Below are positions 19,116 through 27,880 of a stretch of 64,000 nucleotides of DNA, in pieces. The notes under the pieces were generated by a model. It had not been told where the DNA came from. It did not search any database and was given only the letters and a program-made list of their open reading frames with translations. The position numbers and the translations under genes are program-made. How positions within the stretch are numbered: position 1 is the stretch's first letter; the number at the start of each line of letters is the position of its first letter. Location of the stretch: contig DATDID010000049.1 in the NCBI GenBank assembly GCA_036521195.1, forward strand, positions 10,873-74,872. Reading direction: 5' to 3'. This DNA comes from Candidatus Dormiibacterota bacterium (GTDB lineage: Bacteria; Chloroflexota; Dormibacteria; Aeolococcales; Aeolococcaceae).

Positions 19116-20601
19116 CACGCCTGCTCGCTATGCGGTGATTCTGCTGGTCGCAGACGACGACGTAGCCGAATCGCTGACTCGCATGCTTCGCGACCTGTGC
19201 GCCGACGCCACACGCCTGACCGTGCACCGTCCTCCGGTTCAGGGCATCGGGTTCTTCGCCGACAGCGTCGCCCAGCGGCAGGTCGACGCCTGGTGGGACG
19301 CGGAGATTCCCGTTGATGTGCCTCCGTTGTTCGTCGTCGATCACAGCGGTGGGCTACCCGCATGGCTTGGAGCTCTGGACGGGCGCTGTTACGTGGGGGT
19401 CAGATCGGCGGAGGCTGCCGCCGAGTATTTCCACCTGACCAACGCGAGCGCCGTCTCGCGTGGCAGCTCCCTCGACTACGCCGCGGCAGTGATGAATGAT
19501 CTCGTCGCCGACGGTTTGTACGAACGAACGGAGGCTGATCGCGTCGGCTTGATGGCGGGGCGGTCACGCAGCGATGCGGGACATGAGCGCGGCCCATCAT
19601 CACCGTTGCTCGCAGCCGAGGACAGCGGAGGCCCCGATCCATTCGATCTCCTCATTGCGATGACACTCAGTGAAGCAGATGCGATGACACCCGCCCGTTC
19701 GCTCGCTGAGCCGCGTAGCGCAGGGCGTGCACCTGCCCGACGAGCCTTCCATCTCCCGACCTGGACACGTGGAGCAGGGGCTCGACGCGATGACACGCAC
19801 CGTTCCGCTCGCAATCTCGCCGACGAGTTCATCAAGCGCGGATCGACCATCGTCGCGGTCGGATCACGCAAGGGCGGTGTCGGCAAGACGAGTCATGCGG
19901 CGGGAGTTGCCATCATCGCGGGAGCAGCGCTCGATTCGATCGGGCGTTGCGCGGCACTCGTCGACGCCAATCTCGCCAATCCCGATGCCTGGGGTCAGCT
20001 GAATCTTCCGACGGGCGCCGCGACGGTGCGCGATGTGATCGCCGCGCTGGCCGGTAACCAGGAACCGCCGCGACCGGTCCATGCTTCGACGCCGTCCCTC
20101 GCGTGCTATCCGGAGTCGCGCGACGCGTCCGAGTACACACGCACGGAAATCGGTTTCTTCGCCGCGTTCCTCCGCGAGAAATATCCGCTCATCATCGTGG
20201 ACCTGAGCAACCGTTTGCCCGACCCGACCGCAGGGCCAGAAGCGGCGGCTGCGGCCTACTGGTTGGAACACGCGGATGTCCTCGTTCTGCCGAGCGCTGC
20301 GTCGAAACAGGACTTCAACAGCGTGCTCGACTACCTAGACATGCGCGACCTGCCACCCGTGATCATCGCTTCGTTGGTAGCGAGAAGCCGGCGCAACCGG
20401 GAGCATCCGCTGGCGAGACGCTACCTGAGCGCGATCGCACAACGTGCCTACCGAGTTGTCGATATGCCCGATGATGCGGAGCGCGTGCGGTACGCCGGCA
20501 TGGAGGGTGTCCCGGTTGAGACGGTCTCCAGCGCGCTCCGAGCGGCGTATCGAGAGCTGGCTGTTGCGATCGCGCAATGCCCGGTCGGTGCGCCGCGATG
20601 A
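19105..20601 (+). CDS. TadZ/CpaE-like protein: N-terminal receiver-like domain + ParA/MinD ATPase
   Basis: C-terminal deviant Walker A VGSRKGGVGKTS, followed by a LVDANL...D switch region. The N-terminal ~130 aa is a CheY-like fold (VILLVADDD) without an obvious phospho-acceptor context. TTG start overlaps the upstream gene. Confidence 0.65.
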   Translation: MLNDTPARYAVILLVADDDVAESLTRMLRDLCADATRLTVHRPPVQGIGFFADSVAQRQVDAWWDAEIPVDVPPLFVVDHSGGLPAWLGALDGRCYVGVRSAEAAAEYFHLTNASAVSRGSSLDYAAAVMNDLVADGLYERTEADRVGLMAGRSRSDAGHERGPSSPLLAAEDSGGPDPFDLLIAMTLSEADAMTPARSLAEPRSAGRAPARRAFHLPTWTRGAGARRDDTHRSARNLADEFIKRGSTIVAVGSRKGGVGKTSHAAGVAIIAGAALDSIGRCAALVDANLANPDAWGQLNLPTGAATVRDVIAALAGNQEPPRPVHASTPSLACYPESRDASEYTRTEIGFFAAFLREKYPLIIVDLSNRLPDPTAGPEAAAAAYWLEHADVLVLPSAASKQDFNSVLDYLDMRDLPPVIIASLVARSRRNREHPLARRYLSAIAQRAYRVVDMPDDAERVRYAGMEGVPVETVSSALRAAYRELAVAIAQCPVGAPR

Positions 20602-21062
20602 TCTCCCGTCTCGCAACATTTCGCCGAGGTGCACGGACGGCAAGACGCGTGAACGACCACGCAATTCGCGAGCAGCGCCTTGATCAGGTGCGCGACGCCG
20701 TGGACGAGTTCGCGTACAGCCTTGGCCTCCTCATGGCCGGGCACGATCCATCAGGGGAGTGTGACGACGACGCTGTGGAGTCGCAGTTGTACAAGGCCCT
20801 CAGCCCCTTCCTCGCCGGAGGTGATGTCATGCACCCGGATTTCGGACCATTCGGCGATCTTCGCGTCGAAGGCGACTTGCTCCAGACTGGACAACCGGTT
20901 CTGACAACGCTGGAGTTTGATGACCGATGCGTGCGGCAGACGCCGAGAGGCAGGCTGATTCCCGCGCAACGGCGGCGTCTGCGCCTGGTGATGCACGTCA
21001 CGCTCGATCCTGCGCGCGTCGTCGACTGCGCCGTGTCAGAAGCGCCGACGCGCAGTGACTGA
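20598..21062 (+). CDS. hypothetical protein (operonic, ATGA-coupled)
   Basis: 154 aa, soluble. No motif recognised. Tightly coupled on both sides. Confidence 0.35.
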   Translation: MISRLATFRRGARTARRVNDHAIREQRLDQVRDAVDEFAYSLGLLMAGHDPSGECDDDAVESQLYKALSPFLAGGDVMHPDFGPFGDLRVEGDLLQTGQPVLTTLEFDDRCVRQTPRGRLIPAQRRRLRLVMHVTLDPARVVDCAVSEAPTRSD

Positions 21063-21648
21063 CGGGCGTGGGCTCGCCACGAGTCCACCGGCACTCGACC
21101 GGTCACCGCAGCTCCTCCCTGTGCCACTTGGCGGACTCATCCCCGCACGCCGCCATCCGTCAGGGTTGCTGCGCAGCTGGCGTCGCCACCAGCCACAAGT
21201 GGTCACGTTTGCGGCGTTAGTCGCCGCTGGCTGTGGCGTGTGGCTGGCGACGAGTCCGCAGCCATCGACTGTTGTCATGAGCGCGGCCGGAGTCGACATT
21301 GACGGTGTGCTTCTTACACCGGTACCGCAGGCGGTGCCTGGGCCGCACATCTTCGATGGAGCAGCGTCGCTCGCAATCGGTGTTCCTCATGGAGGGACGA
21401 CGCGCGCCGGCGCGGTGATGACGTGGGGAGGCCTCGCAACTACTGGGCGGTGCGTGCTTGCGGTCGTCGGAGCCGGCGTGTCGGAGGCGTGCCAATTCCG
21501 CCAGGGTTCTTCGCGATTCTCAGCCGTCGATGCCTTCGATGCCCAGGGTCATGTCTGGCATCGCAGGTACGCAGACGGCACTGATGTCACCGTTGCGGTG
21601 CCTGCGGGCAGCCCGCTTATCCCGATTCCATTCCCACTCGGGCACTGA
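21055..21648 (+). CDS. hypothetical membrane-anchored protein (possible TadE/TadF-like pseudopilin)
   Basis: 197 aa. Single TM (VVTFAALVAAGCGVWLA) after a basic leader, then a Gly/Ala/Val-rich beta region. The TadE-like assignment is speculative. Confidence 0.35.
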   Translation: MTDGRGLATSPPALDRSPQLLPVPLGGLIPARRHPSGLLRSWRRHQPQVVTFAALVAAGCGVWLATSPQPSTVVMSAAGVDIDGVLLTPVPQAVPGPHIFDGAASLAIGVPHGGTTRAGAVMTWGGLATTGRCVLAVVGAGVSEACQFRQGSSRFSAVDAFDAQGHVWHRRYADGTDVTVAVPAGSPLIPIPFPLGH

Positions 21649-21704
21649 CACTCGGGCACTGACGCGCGAGCCCGGCGCCGTCCGCGACCATCGCTCGCCC
21701 GCGG

Positions 21705-22481
21705 TCAAACGACCGACTGAATCTGGCCTCCGTCGACTGCCAAGGTCGCGCCGGTGACAAAGGATGCTGCCGGCGAGCACAGGAACACGGCAACGCGCGC
21801 AATCTCATCGGGTTCCCCGATGCGGCCGAGCGGATTCCCACGCCCAACGTTGGCGAAATGCGCATCGAGGTCGGTAACGCCCGCCGCGCGCGCAACCTCG
21901 ATTTGACGATCCGTCCTGATCGAACCCGGAAGCAGTGAGTTCACACGGATGTGCGGGGCGAGCTCATTCGACAGGGTCTTTGCGAGACCGCTGACCGCAC
22001 CGCGAATGCTGTTGCTGAGCGTCAGTCCCTGGATGGGTTGCTTGACCGTGGTCGAGGTGATGAAAACGATCGCGGCCGCGTCGGACTGGCGGAGTGCCGG
22101 CAGGGCCGCCTGGATGAGATGCACCGCACTCATGAAGGTAAGCCGATGAGCGGTTGCCCACTGGTCTTCATCGATCTCAACGAAGCCCGCACGCGGTGGG
22201 CCGCCGGCGTTCACCACGAGGGCGTCGAGCCGACCGAGCTCAGAGACGGTGCGTTCCACGGCGATCCGGGTCTGCTCCGGATCAAGAAGGTCGGTGGGCG
22301 TCGCCACGACGCGCACGCCGTGCGATCGGACGGACTCTGCTGCCGCGCTGAGCTCTGTCTCCGAACGCGCGCACATGCCCACGTCAGCGCCCTCAGCGGC
22401 GAACAGTTCTGCCGTTGCGCGGCCCATCCCCTTGCTGGATGCAGCGACGAATGCAACGCGCCCGCGCAGGCCCAAATCCAT
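21705..22481 (-). CDS. SDR-family oxidoreductase (3-oxoacyl-ACP reductase-like)
   Basis: VAFVAASSKGMGRATA (TGxxxGxG-like), NAG, a Ser/Tyr/Lys catalytic region, and a PGSIRTD tail. Start chosen at MDLGLRGR. Confidence 0.8.
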   Translation of the reverse strand: MDLGLRGRVAFVAASSKGMGRATAELFAAEGADVGMCARSETELSAAAESVRSHGVRVVATPTDLLDPEQTRIAVERTVSELGRLDALVVNAGGPPRAGFVEIDEDQWATAHRLTFMSAVHLIQAALPALRQSDAAAIVFITSTTVKQPIQGLTLSNSIRGAVSGLAKTLSNELAPHIRVNSLLPGSIRTDRQIEVARAAGVTDLDAHFANVGRGNPLGRIGEPDEIARVAVFLCSPAASFVTGATLAVDGGQIQSVV

Positions 22482-22570
22482 GGCAATCGACCCTACCAGC
22501 TTCGCGAGCCGCCCGGATTTGTCTGCCGAATGTCCAACGAACGGGCGGACCGCGCTCCATACTGAGTTGC

Positions 22571-23587
22571 ATGGGTGGAGCGGTCGACTGGGATGATTCG
22601 TTGCCGCTCTTGCCTGCAGGGACGCCTCTCTTCGATGCGTTGCCCGCACGCGCCATCGTCCTCGACGCCCTCGCGCCCGCCGTCGCGGATGGGCTCATCA
22701 CCGTTGCCGATAGGAACCGGCGCGGTGTGCTGGTCGTCCGCCGCGGGGGCATATCCGACGCAGTGAGCATCGACGGAGCGCGCCATAACGGTGATGTAGC
22801 GATGGAGTCGATCCACGGGTGGGATGCAGCGCTCATGTCCGCAGCCCGCCTCACCGAGGACGCCATGTCAATCCTCGGTCCCGTGCTGAACGGCGAACGG
22901 TGCTACGAGGATCTTCGGCTGGAGTGGACTCGATGGTCGGAGTTGCTCGACGATCTCCGGGGGCGGGGGCGCACGTATGTCGTCGAGGTGCGAACACCTG
23001 CAGGCTGTGGTGTCACGGTCATTCGCGGCGGTCAACAGGTCGCGACGTACACAGATGCACACCCTTCGCTCGGAGCCCCAGACCTCATCGATGCGCTTGT
23101 CCAGGCCGGTTCCGGATCACTGCGCGTTACGATCTCGTCCGAGAGGTCTGTGGACTCAGTCGGGATTTCTGCGACGGGGGTCACGCAGGTAGCGGCCGGT
23201 TCGGCAGCGCGAGTGGGCCTGGTTCGCAATGACGACCCCCCGCCGGCTGTCGCGGAGGCGGACTCCGACGACGGCAACGCCACGCTCACCGCACTCTTCG
23301 GCGGCGCGCTCGGCTCGCAAACATTCGCTCCGCTCGTCGTGCTTGATCGCGCGACGCCCACTGCGGGGTCGAGCGTCGCTGCGCTCCTTCCCGAGTTGCA
23401 ACTCCTCGTGCAGGGTCGTCTGCAGCGCTCGGCCGGCCCCGTCGAGAACGTCATTGCAACCGCGGCAGATGGCGGTGCGAGCGTTGCCTGGCTTGCGGAT
23501 CGCGTGCGTGTCATGTCGGTCCGCGGATTCATGACGTCGACGTTCGAACAGTTGGCGGATGACATGCTGGCGCTGGCTCGCGAATAG
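22571..23587 (+). CDS. hypothetical protein (339 aa), convergent with the virD4-like gene
   Basis: ATG at 22571. No catalytic motif recognised. Ala/Gly-rich soluble protein. Confidence 0.45.
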   Translation: MGGAVDWDDSLPLLPAGTPLFDALPARAIVLDALAPAVADGLITVADRNRRGVLVVRRGGISDAVSIDGARHNGDVAMESIHGWDAALMSAARLTEDAMSILGPVLNGERCYEDLRLEWTRWSELLDDLRGRGRTYVVEVRTPAGCGVTVIRGGQQVATYTDAHPSLGAPDLIDALVQAGSGSLRVTISSERSVDSVGISATGVTQVAAGSAARVGLVRNDDPPPAVAEADSDDGNATLTALFGGALGSQTFAPLVVLDRATPTAGSSVAALLPELQLLVQGRLQRSAGPVENVIATAADGGASVAWLADRVRVMSVRGFMTSTFEQLADDMLALARE

Positions 23588-23618
23588 CGATACCAACCTC
23601 GCCTCGCTGCGCCGAGGG

Positions 23619-25418
23619 TTAGCGCTTGACGCTGTCAGCGGCGCGGAAGTAGGGGACGCGTGCGAGCCGCCGGTAGCGCGCCTTCCGGAACCAGTACGGG
23701 AGCTCAACCAATGCCGGCGGATTGTCCCGATGGATCACTATGGCACTGCCCGCACGCAGTTGCCGAAGTGCGTCCGGCGTGGCAATGGCATCGTGCCGCG
23801 TCGAGTACGAGCGGCTGATGCGACCATCGGCCCCCAGGCTTACCTGCTGCTCGCTGTACTCCGCGCGGCCGATCAACTTCCCGAGCACGTCGGCCGTTTC
23901 CGGATCGCTGATTCCTGGGAGGATGATCTTGCAACCGTGGTTGTTGAGGATCGTGTTCGCTCGGTCGTTCCCGTATCGCGCCCGAAGCTGGCTGAGGTCC
24001 TGGACGATCGAGAGCAGCATCACGCCCCGTCCTGCACCTTGCGAGGCAAGCGCTGGGAGATCTTCGATCGGCACCACGTTGGCGAGTTCGTCGAGGAATA
24101 GTCCAAGACACTCGGTGCGACGGCGTTCAGGCAGAGCTTCCGCCATCGCATACGCTGCGGTCACGACCGTCATCAGGATGCCGACGAAGAGGCTCGCCAC
24201 GCGCTCGGGTGACTGTCGCGGTGTGCACAGGTACAGCGTTCCGCGAGAGCGCAGGAACTCCTCGGCGTCGAACCGGCTGGTCATCGCGGACTCAGCCACC
24301 GCGCGTTCGGTAAACACGTTGAAGATCCGCATCACCGTCGAGAAAACAGTGCCCCGCTCGCGTTCCGGTCGTTGATCCACCGAAGCCAGCATCGACATCG
24401 CACGGATCGGATCCGCGTCGCCGGCAGTCGCGGGGTCGAGCAAGAGTTCCTCGAGGATGGTGAGGGGCGAGGCGATGTCGAACCCGTGCACCCACGTTCG
24501 GACGTCCACGATGGTGCGCCCGCTGACCGCCGCCACGTAGAGCAAGGGGGCGATCAGGAGCTTGCCTGACTCAGCCCAGTGCGCCCAGTCGTTGTCTCCC
24601 CGGCCGCCACCCTGCTGCAGTGACGCGCACAGCCAGGATGCGACGGTCCAGGCTCGGTCGAGCTTGTCACAGCCGGCGATCGGTGACCACGTCACGGTGC
24701 GAAAGCGCGTCCCGATCTCGCCAGTCGGGTCGTAAATGTGCACTGGCCCAACGGTTTGCCGGTATCCGGCAGTGAGCTCTACGAGCTCACTCTTCGTGCT
24801 CGTCGCGATCGCCGGGCCGTTCCAGTCGAACAGGTTGGGTATCACGAGACCCGTCGTCTTTCCTGATCGGGTCGGACCGATCACGAGGACGCTCGTCTCG
24901 CTCTGGGTGACGAGTTTCCGACCTCGGTGCGCCCCGACAAAGAAGACGCCGACGCGTCCACGCCGCGGCCGCATGGCGCGCAGGTCCGCACGTCGAGCCC
25001 AGTGCGCTGTGCGGACGATTCGCGCGCGCGGCGACCTTCCCGGTCTGCGGCCAGTCGAGAAACGCCATATGGCGGAGCCACAAACGCCCGCCGCAGCGCT
25101 GGTCACTCCCGAGGTCACCCAGAACGCCCACGGTGAAACTGGCGCTTTCGGATCAACGAATACCCACCACCGCGTCACCGCGCTCTCGGTACCAAATCGG
25201 CGAGTGATGCGACTGGGATCAAGAAAGTCGAACGGCGATGCGCTCGGGCGGCCGCCCGCGACCCAGGTTGCAATCGTGAGGATTGCCCAGGGGCACAACC
25301 AGAGCCCGATCAGCGTTCCTGCTGTACGAATGTCACGCCATGTCTGGACTCGATAGGGGTGCGCAGCGGCCATCGCCAGACTCACGATGTGCCGGCGCCA
25401 GGGACCGGGCACGGACAA
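23619..25418 (-). CDS. VirD4/TraG-family type IV coupling protein (T4CP)
   Basis: N-terminal TM helices. Walker A VIGPTRSGKTTGLVIPNL is near-identical to the VirD4 P-loop context. Walker B LGLFLDELANV. C-terminal all-alpha domain. TTG start at 25418 lies 3 nt after the CPBP stop; an alternative ATG is at 25373. Confidence 0.8.
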   Translation of the reverse strand: MSVPGPWRRHIVSLAMAAAHPYRVQTWRDIRTAGTLIGLWLCPWAILTIATWVAGGRPSASPFDFLDPSRITRRFGTESAVTRWWVFVDPKAPVSPWAFWVTSGVTSAAAGVCGSAIWRFSTGRRPGRSPRARIVRTAHWARRADLRAMRPRRGRVGVFFVGAHRGRKLVTQSETSVLVIGPTRSGKTTGLVIPNLFDWNGPAIATSTKSELVELTAGYRQTVGPVHIYDPTGEIGTRFRTVTWSPIAGCDKLDRAWTVASWLCASLQQGGGRGDNDWAHWAESGKLLIAPLLYVAAVSGRTIVDVRTWVHGFDIASPLTILEELLLDPATAGDADPIRAMSMLASVDQRPERERGTVFSTVMRIFNVFTERAVAESAMTSRFDAEEFLRSRGTLYLCTPRQSPERVASLFVGILMTVVTAAYAMAEALPERRRTECLGLFLDELANVVPIEDLPALASQGAGRGVMLLSIVQDLSQLRARYGNDRANTILNNHGCKIILPGISDPETADVLGKLIGRAEYSEQQVSLGADGRISRSYSTRHDAIATPDALRQLRAGSAIVIHRDNPPALVELPYWFRKARYRRLARVPYFRAADSVKR

Positions 25419-25421
25419 ACG

Positions 25422-26291
25422 TCAGCAGGTACTAGTCGTGCTCAGGATCAGAATGATGTTGGGCAGGTTGAACAAGGCATGCGTCAGCACCCCCGGGACG
25501 ATGCTCCGCGATCCTTGATAGAGCAGCGACAGCACAAGACCCACAAAGAACAGCGGCAGGAACAGCACCAACTGCTGGTGCAGCGCGGAGAAGATCACCG
25601 CACTGAGCGGAACGGCGAGCACGGCCGGTCCCCAGCGATGCAACCATCCGTAGATGAATCCGCGGAAGATGGTTTCCTCGGAGATCGGTGCGATGACGCA
25701 AACGACGATGATCGCGAGCAGGTAGTAGTGGCTGTAGTCGTGACGGACTGACACGCACTGCCCATTACCGACGTTGGGAAAGATCGCCTGGTTGACCTGT
25801 TGCAGATAGTCCGCGCCGACGAGCGCGACGTAGGCGGCAATCGGTACCACGAGTACCCACCACCAGTGGAATCCGCGCCAGCCCAGATCTCGCAGCGTCC
25901 CTCCGCGACGCATGAAGCCGAGCACGAAAATGTTGAACAGCATGCCTCCGTACTGACACACGGCGAGTACCGACGACTCAATCGCGTTGCGAACAGCCGG
26001 GTCGTTGCTGCCGACCAGATCGACGACGATCACCGCCACCGAACCGAGCAATTGAAATGCGCTGAACCAACCGGGCCAGAACATCACGAAGTCAGTCCAG
26101 TCCCAGGGAACGCGCTCGTCGTTTGGATCACGTACCACGGGGACGTCGTGGCGCATACGCGTTGCACCGACGCCGAGGATCACGACACCGACGACACACA
26201 GACCGCCACCACCGGCGACCGTGAGCAGGTTCGTCCCCTCAGCACCGCTCAGAAATCCGAACGCGATCAGGGCGAGGAACGCCGCCTCCAT
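25422..26291 (-). CDS. CPBP (CAAX protease / Abi) family intramembrane metalloprotease
   Basis: EExxxR motif (PISEETIFRGFIYGWL), FxxxH (IFSALHQ), and an HALFNL motif, inside a multi-TM protein. Start is uncertain: 26291 was chosen to avoid the holB promoter, and the ORF could extend to 26495. Confidence 0.65.
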   Translation of the reverse strand: MEAAFLALIAFGFLSGAEGTNLLTVAGGGGLCVVGVVILGVGATRMRHDVPVVRDPNDERVPWDWTDFVMFWPGWFSAFQLLGSVAVIVVDLVGSNDPAVRNAIESSVLAVCQYGGMLFNIFVLGFMRRGGTLRDLGWRGFHWWWVLVVPIAAYVALVGADYLQQVNQAIFPNVGNGQCVSVRHDYSHYYLLAIIVVCVIAPISEETIFRGFIYGWLHRWGPAVLAVPLSAVIFSALHQQLVLFLPLFFVGLVLSLLYQGSRSIVPGVLTHALFNLPNIILILSTTSTC

Positions 26292-26410
26292 GTAGAGGAT
26301 GACCCGCGCGGCGTAGTGGCGTCCGCTATCGACCTGGTGTGGCGGCCACTCGGCCGCCTGCGCTGGCGTCTGGGACTGAGTCACCGCGGGCAATTCTGCA
26401 CAATCGGTCG

Positions 26411-27542
26411 CGTGACCACGCTCGACTCCGTCATCGGCCACGGCCTCGTTCTCCAGCGCCTCGTGGCTGCGGGCCTCGATGACGAGCTCACGCACGCGCT
26501 CCTGCTGATCGGGCCGGAGGGGGTCGGCAAGACGACGGCGGCCATGGCGCTGGCGTCAGCGCTGCTCGACGGGGACGCCTGGCCAGGAGGGCTCTCGGCA
26601 CATCCCGATCTCTGGGTCGAGGATTCAGCGTCCGAGAACGTCGGGATCAGCCGGTTCTCCGCAAACCCCACGCGCCGGGCGGGCGACGATGAGTTGGGGC
26701 CGACGCTGCAGCAGTTCCTCTCACTCACGGCGTATGCGGGCGGGAATCGCGTCGCGGTGGTCGCTCGGGCTGACCGCCTCACCGAAGACGCAGCCGACAA
26801 CGTCCTCAAGGTGCTCGAGGAGCCTCCGCCCCACGCCTACCTCGTGCTGACCACTGCGCACCCCGAGCGCCTGCTCCAGACGGTTCGCTCTCGATGCCGG
26901 ACCGTGGTGCTCGGACCCGTCGATCCCCGAATGATCGAGCAGTGGCTCCAGCGTGAGCATGGTGTGAGCGAGCACGACGCCACCACCGCCGCGGCGCTCT
27001 CGGCCGGCCGGCCTGGGCGGGCGCTCCACCTTGCCACCGAGCCGGGCGCGCTCGAGGGCGAGCTGGACGCGCTCGACAGCTTCCTTGGGGCGGGCGGCGG
27101 AGGGACTGCCGCTGCGCTTCGAACTGCCGGGGCCGTCGTCGCCGCGGCGTCCAATGACACCGAGCGCCTCGCCCAGGCTCGCGAGAAGGCGCTCGTCACG
27201 CTCGGCGCTTGGGCGTCGTTCGTTCGCGACGCTGCTTGCTTCGCTGCGGGCGCGCCCGAGCTGGCGGTCTGGAAGGCGTACCGACCCGCGCTCGAGCGCT
27301 GGGCCGAGCATCTCGATCTCACGAGGATCGTGGAGATCCTGGCGCGCATCCTCGAGACCGCGGAGGCGGTCGCTACCTACGCGCAGCCGAGGCTGGCGTT
27401 CGAGGCGCTGTTGCTGGACATCTTCGCCGGGCCGGGCAGTCCGCCCAGCGTCGATGCGGTGTCCCGCGAGGGGATCGAGGTCAGCGCCGGCGGCGGAGCA
27501 CGAGGAAAGCCACGCCGATCCCCAGCAGCGCGACGGGGATGA
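26411..27542 (+). CDS. holB: DNA polymerase III delta' subunit (HolB)
   Basis: GTG start. GHGLVLQRL...HALLLIGPEGVGKTTAA (P-loop), the SRC motif (VRSRCRTVVL), and LKVLEEPP are the canonical delta' boxes. Confidence 0.7.
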
Positions 27543-27714
27543 GCCACGGCTTCTCGCTCGTGAGACCGGCGAGGCTGTGACCGATGCCACCCGGAGGTGT
27601 CTCGTCGACCTCGAACGGATCCTCGGTCATCAGTCGCACGGTGCCGGCCACCCGTCGGGGGGTTTCCTCCTCACCCTCAGTGTCGTCGAACCTTTTCGGC
27701 TCTGGTGTGGGCAT
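27481..27714 (-). CDS. small tail-anchored acidic protein (hypothetical)
   Basis: 78 aa. Acidic N-region (DDTEGEEE), a single C-terminal TM helix, and an RRRR tail. Overlaps the holB 3' end by ~60 nt. Confidence 0.3.
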   Translation of the reverse strand: MPTPEPKRFDDTEGEEETPRRVAGTVRLMTEDPFEVDETPPGGIGHSLAGLTSEKPWLIPVALLGIGVAFLVLRRRR

Positions 27715-27880
27715 CTGCGCATTATGGGCACGTCCGACTGGGCTCCCGGAAGGGCGGACCGCAGCAAACGCACCCGGACGTCCTGGGCCGCACGTATTCT
27801 GGTCCTGTGACCACAGCCCTCCAGTGGCCGAAAACGCGATCGAAGCGGCGAGCCGAACAGCCGAAGCAGCGACCCACGCG

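Noticed and set aside
25800-26410. 5' extension of the holB ORF overlapping the CPBP protease gene
   Set aside because: HolB motifs begin right after the GTG at 26411. The extension is antisense to a gene with clear CPBP motifs.
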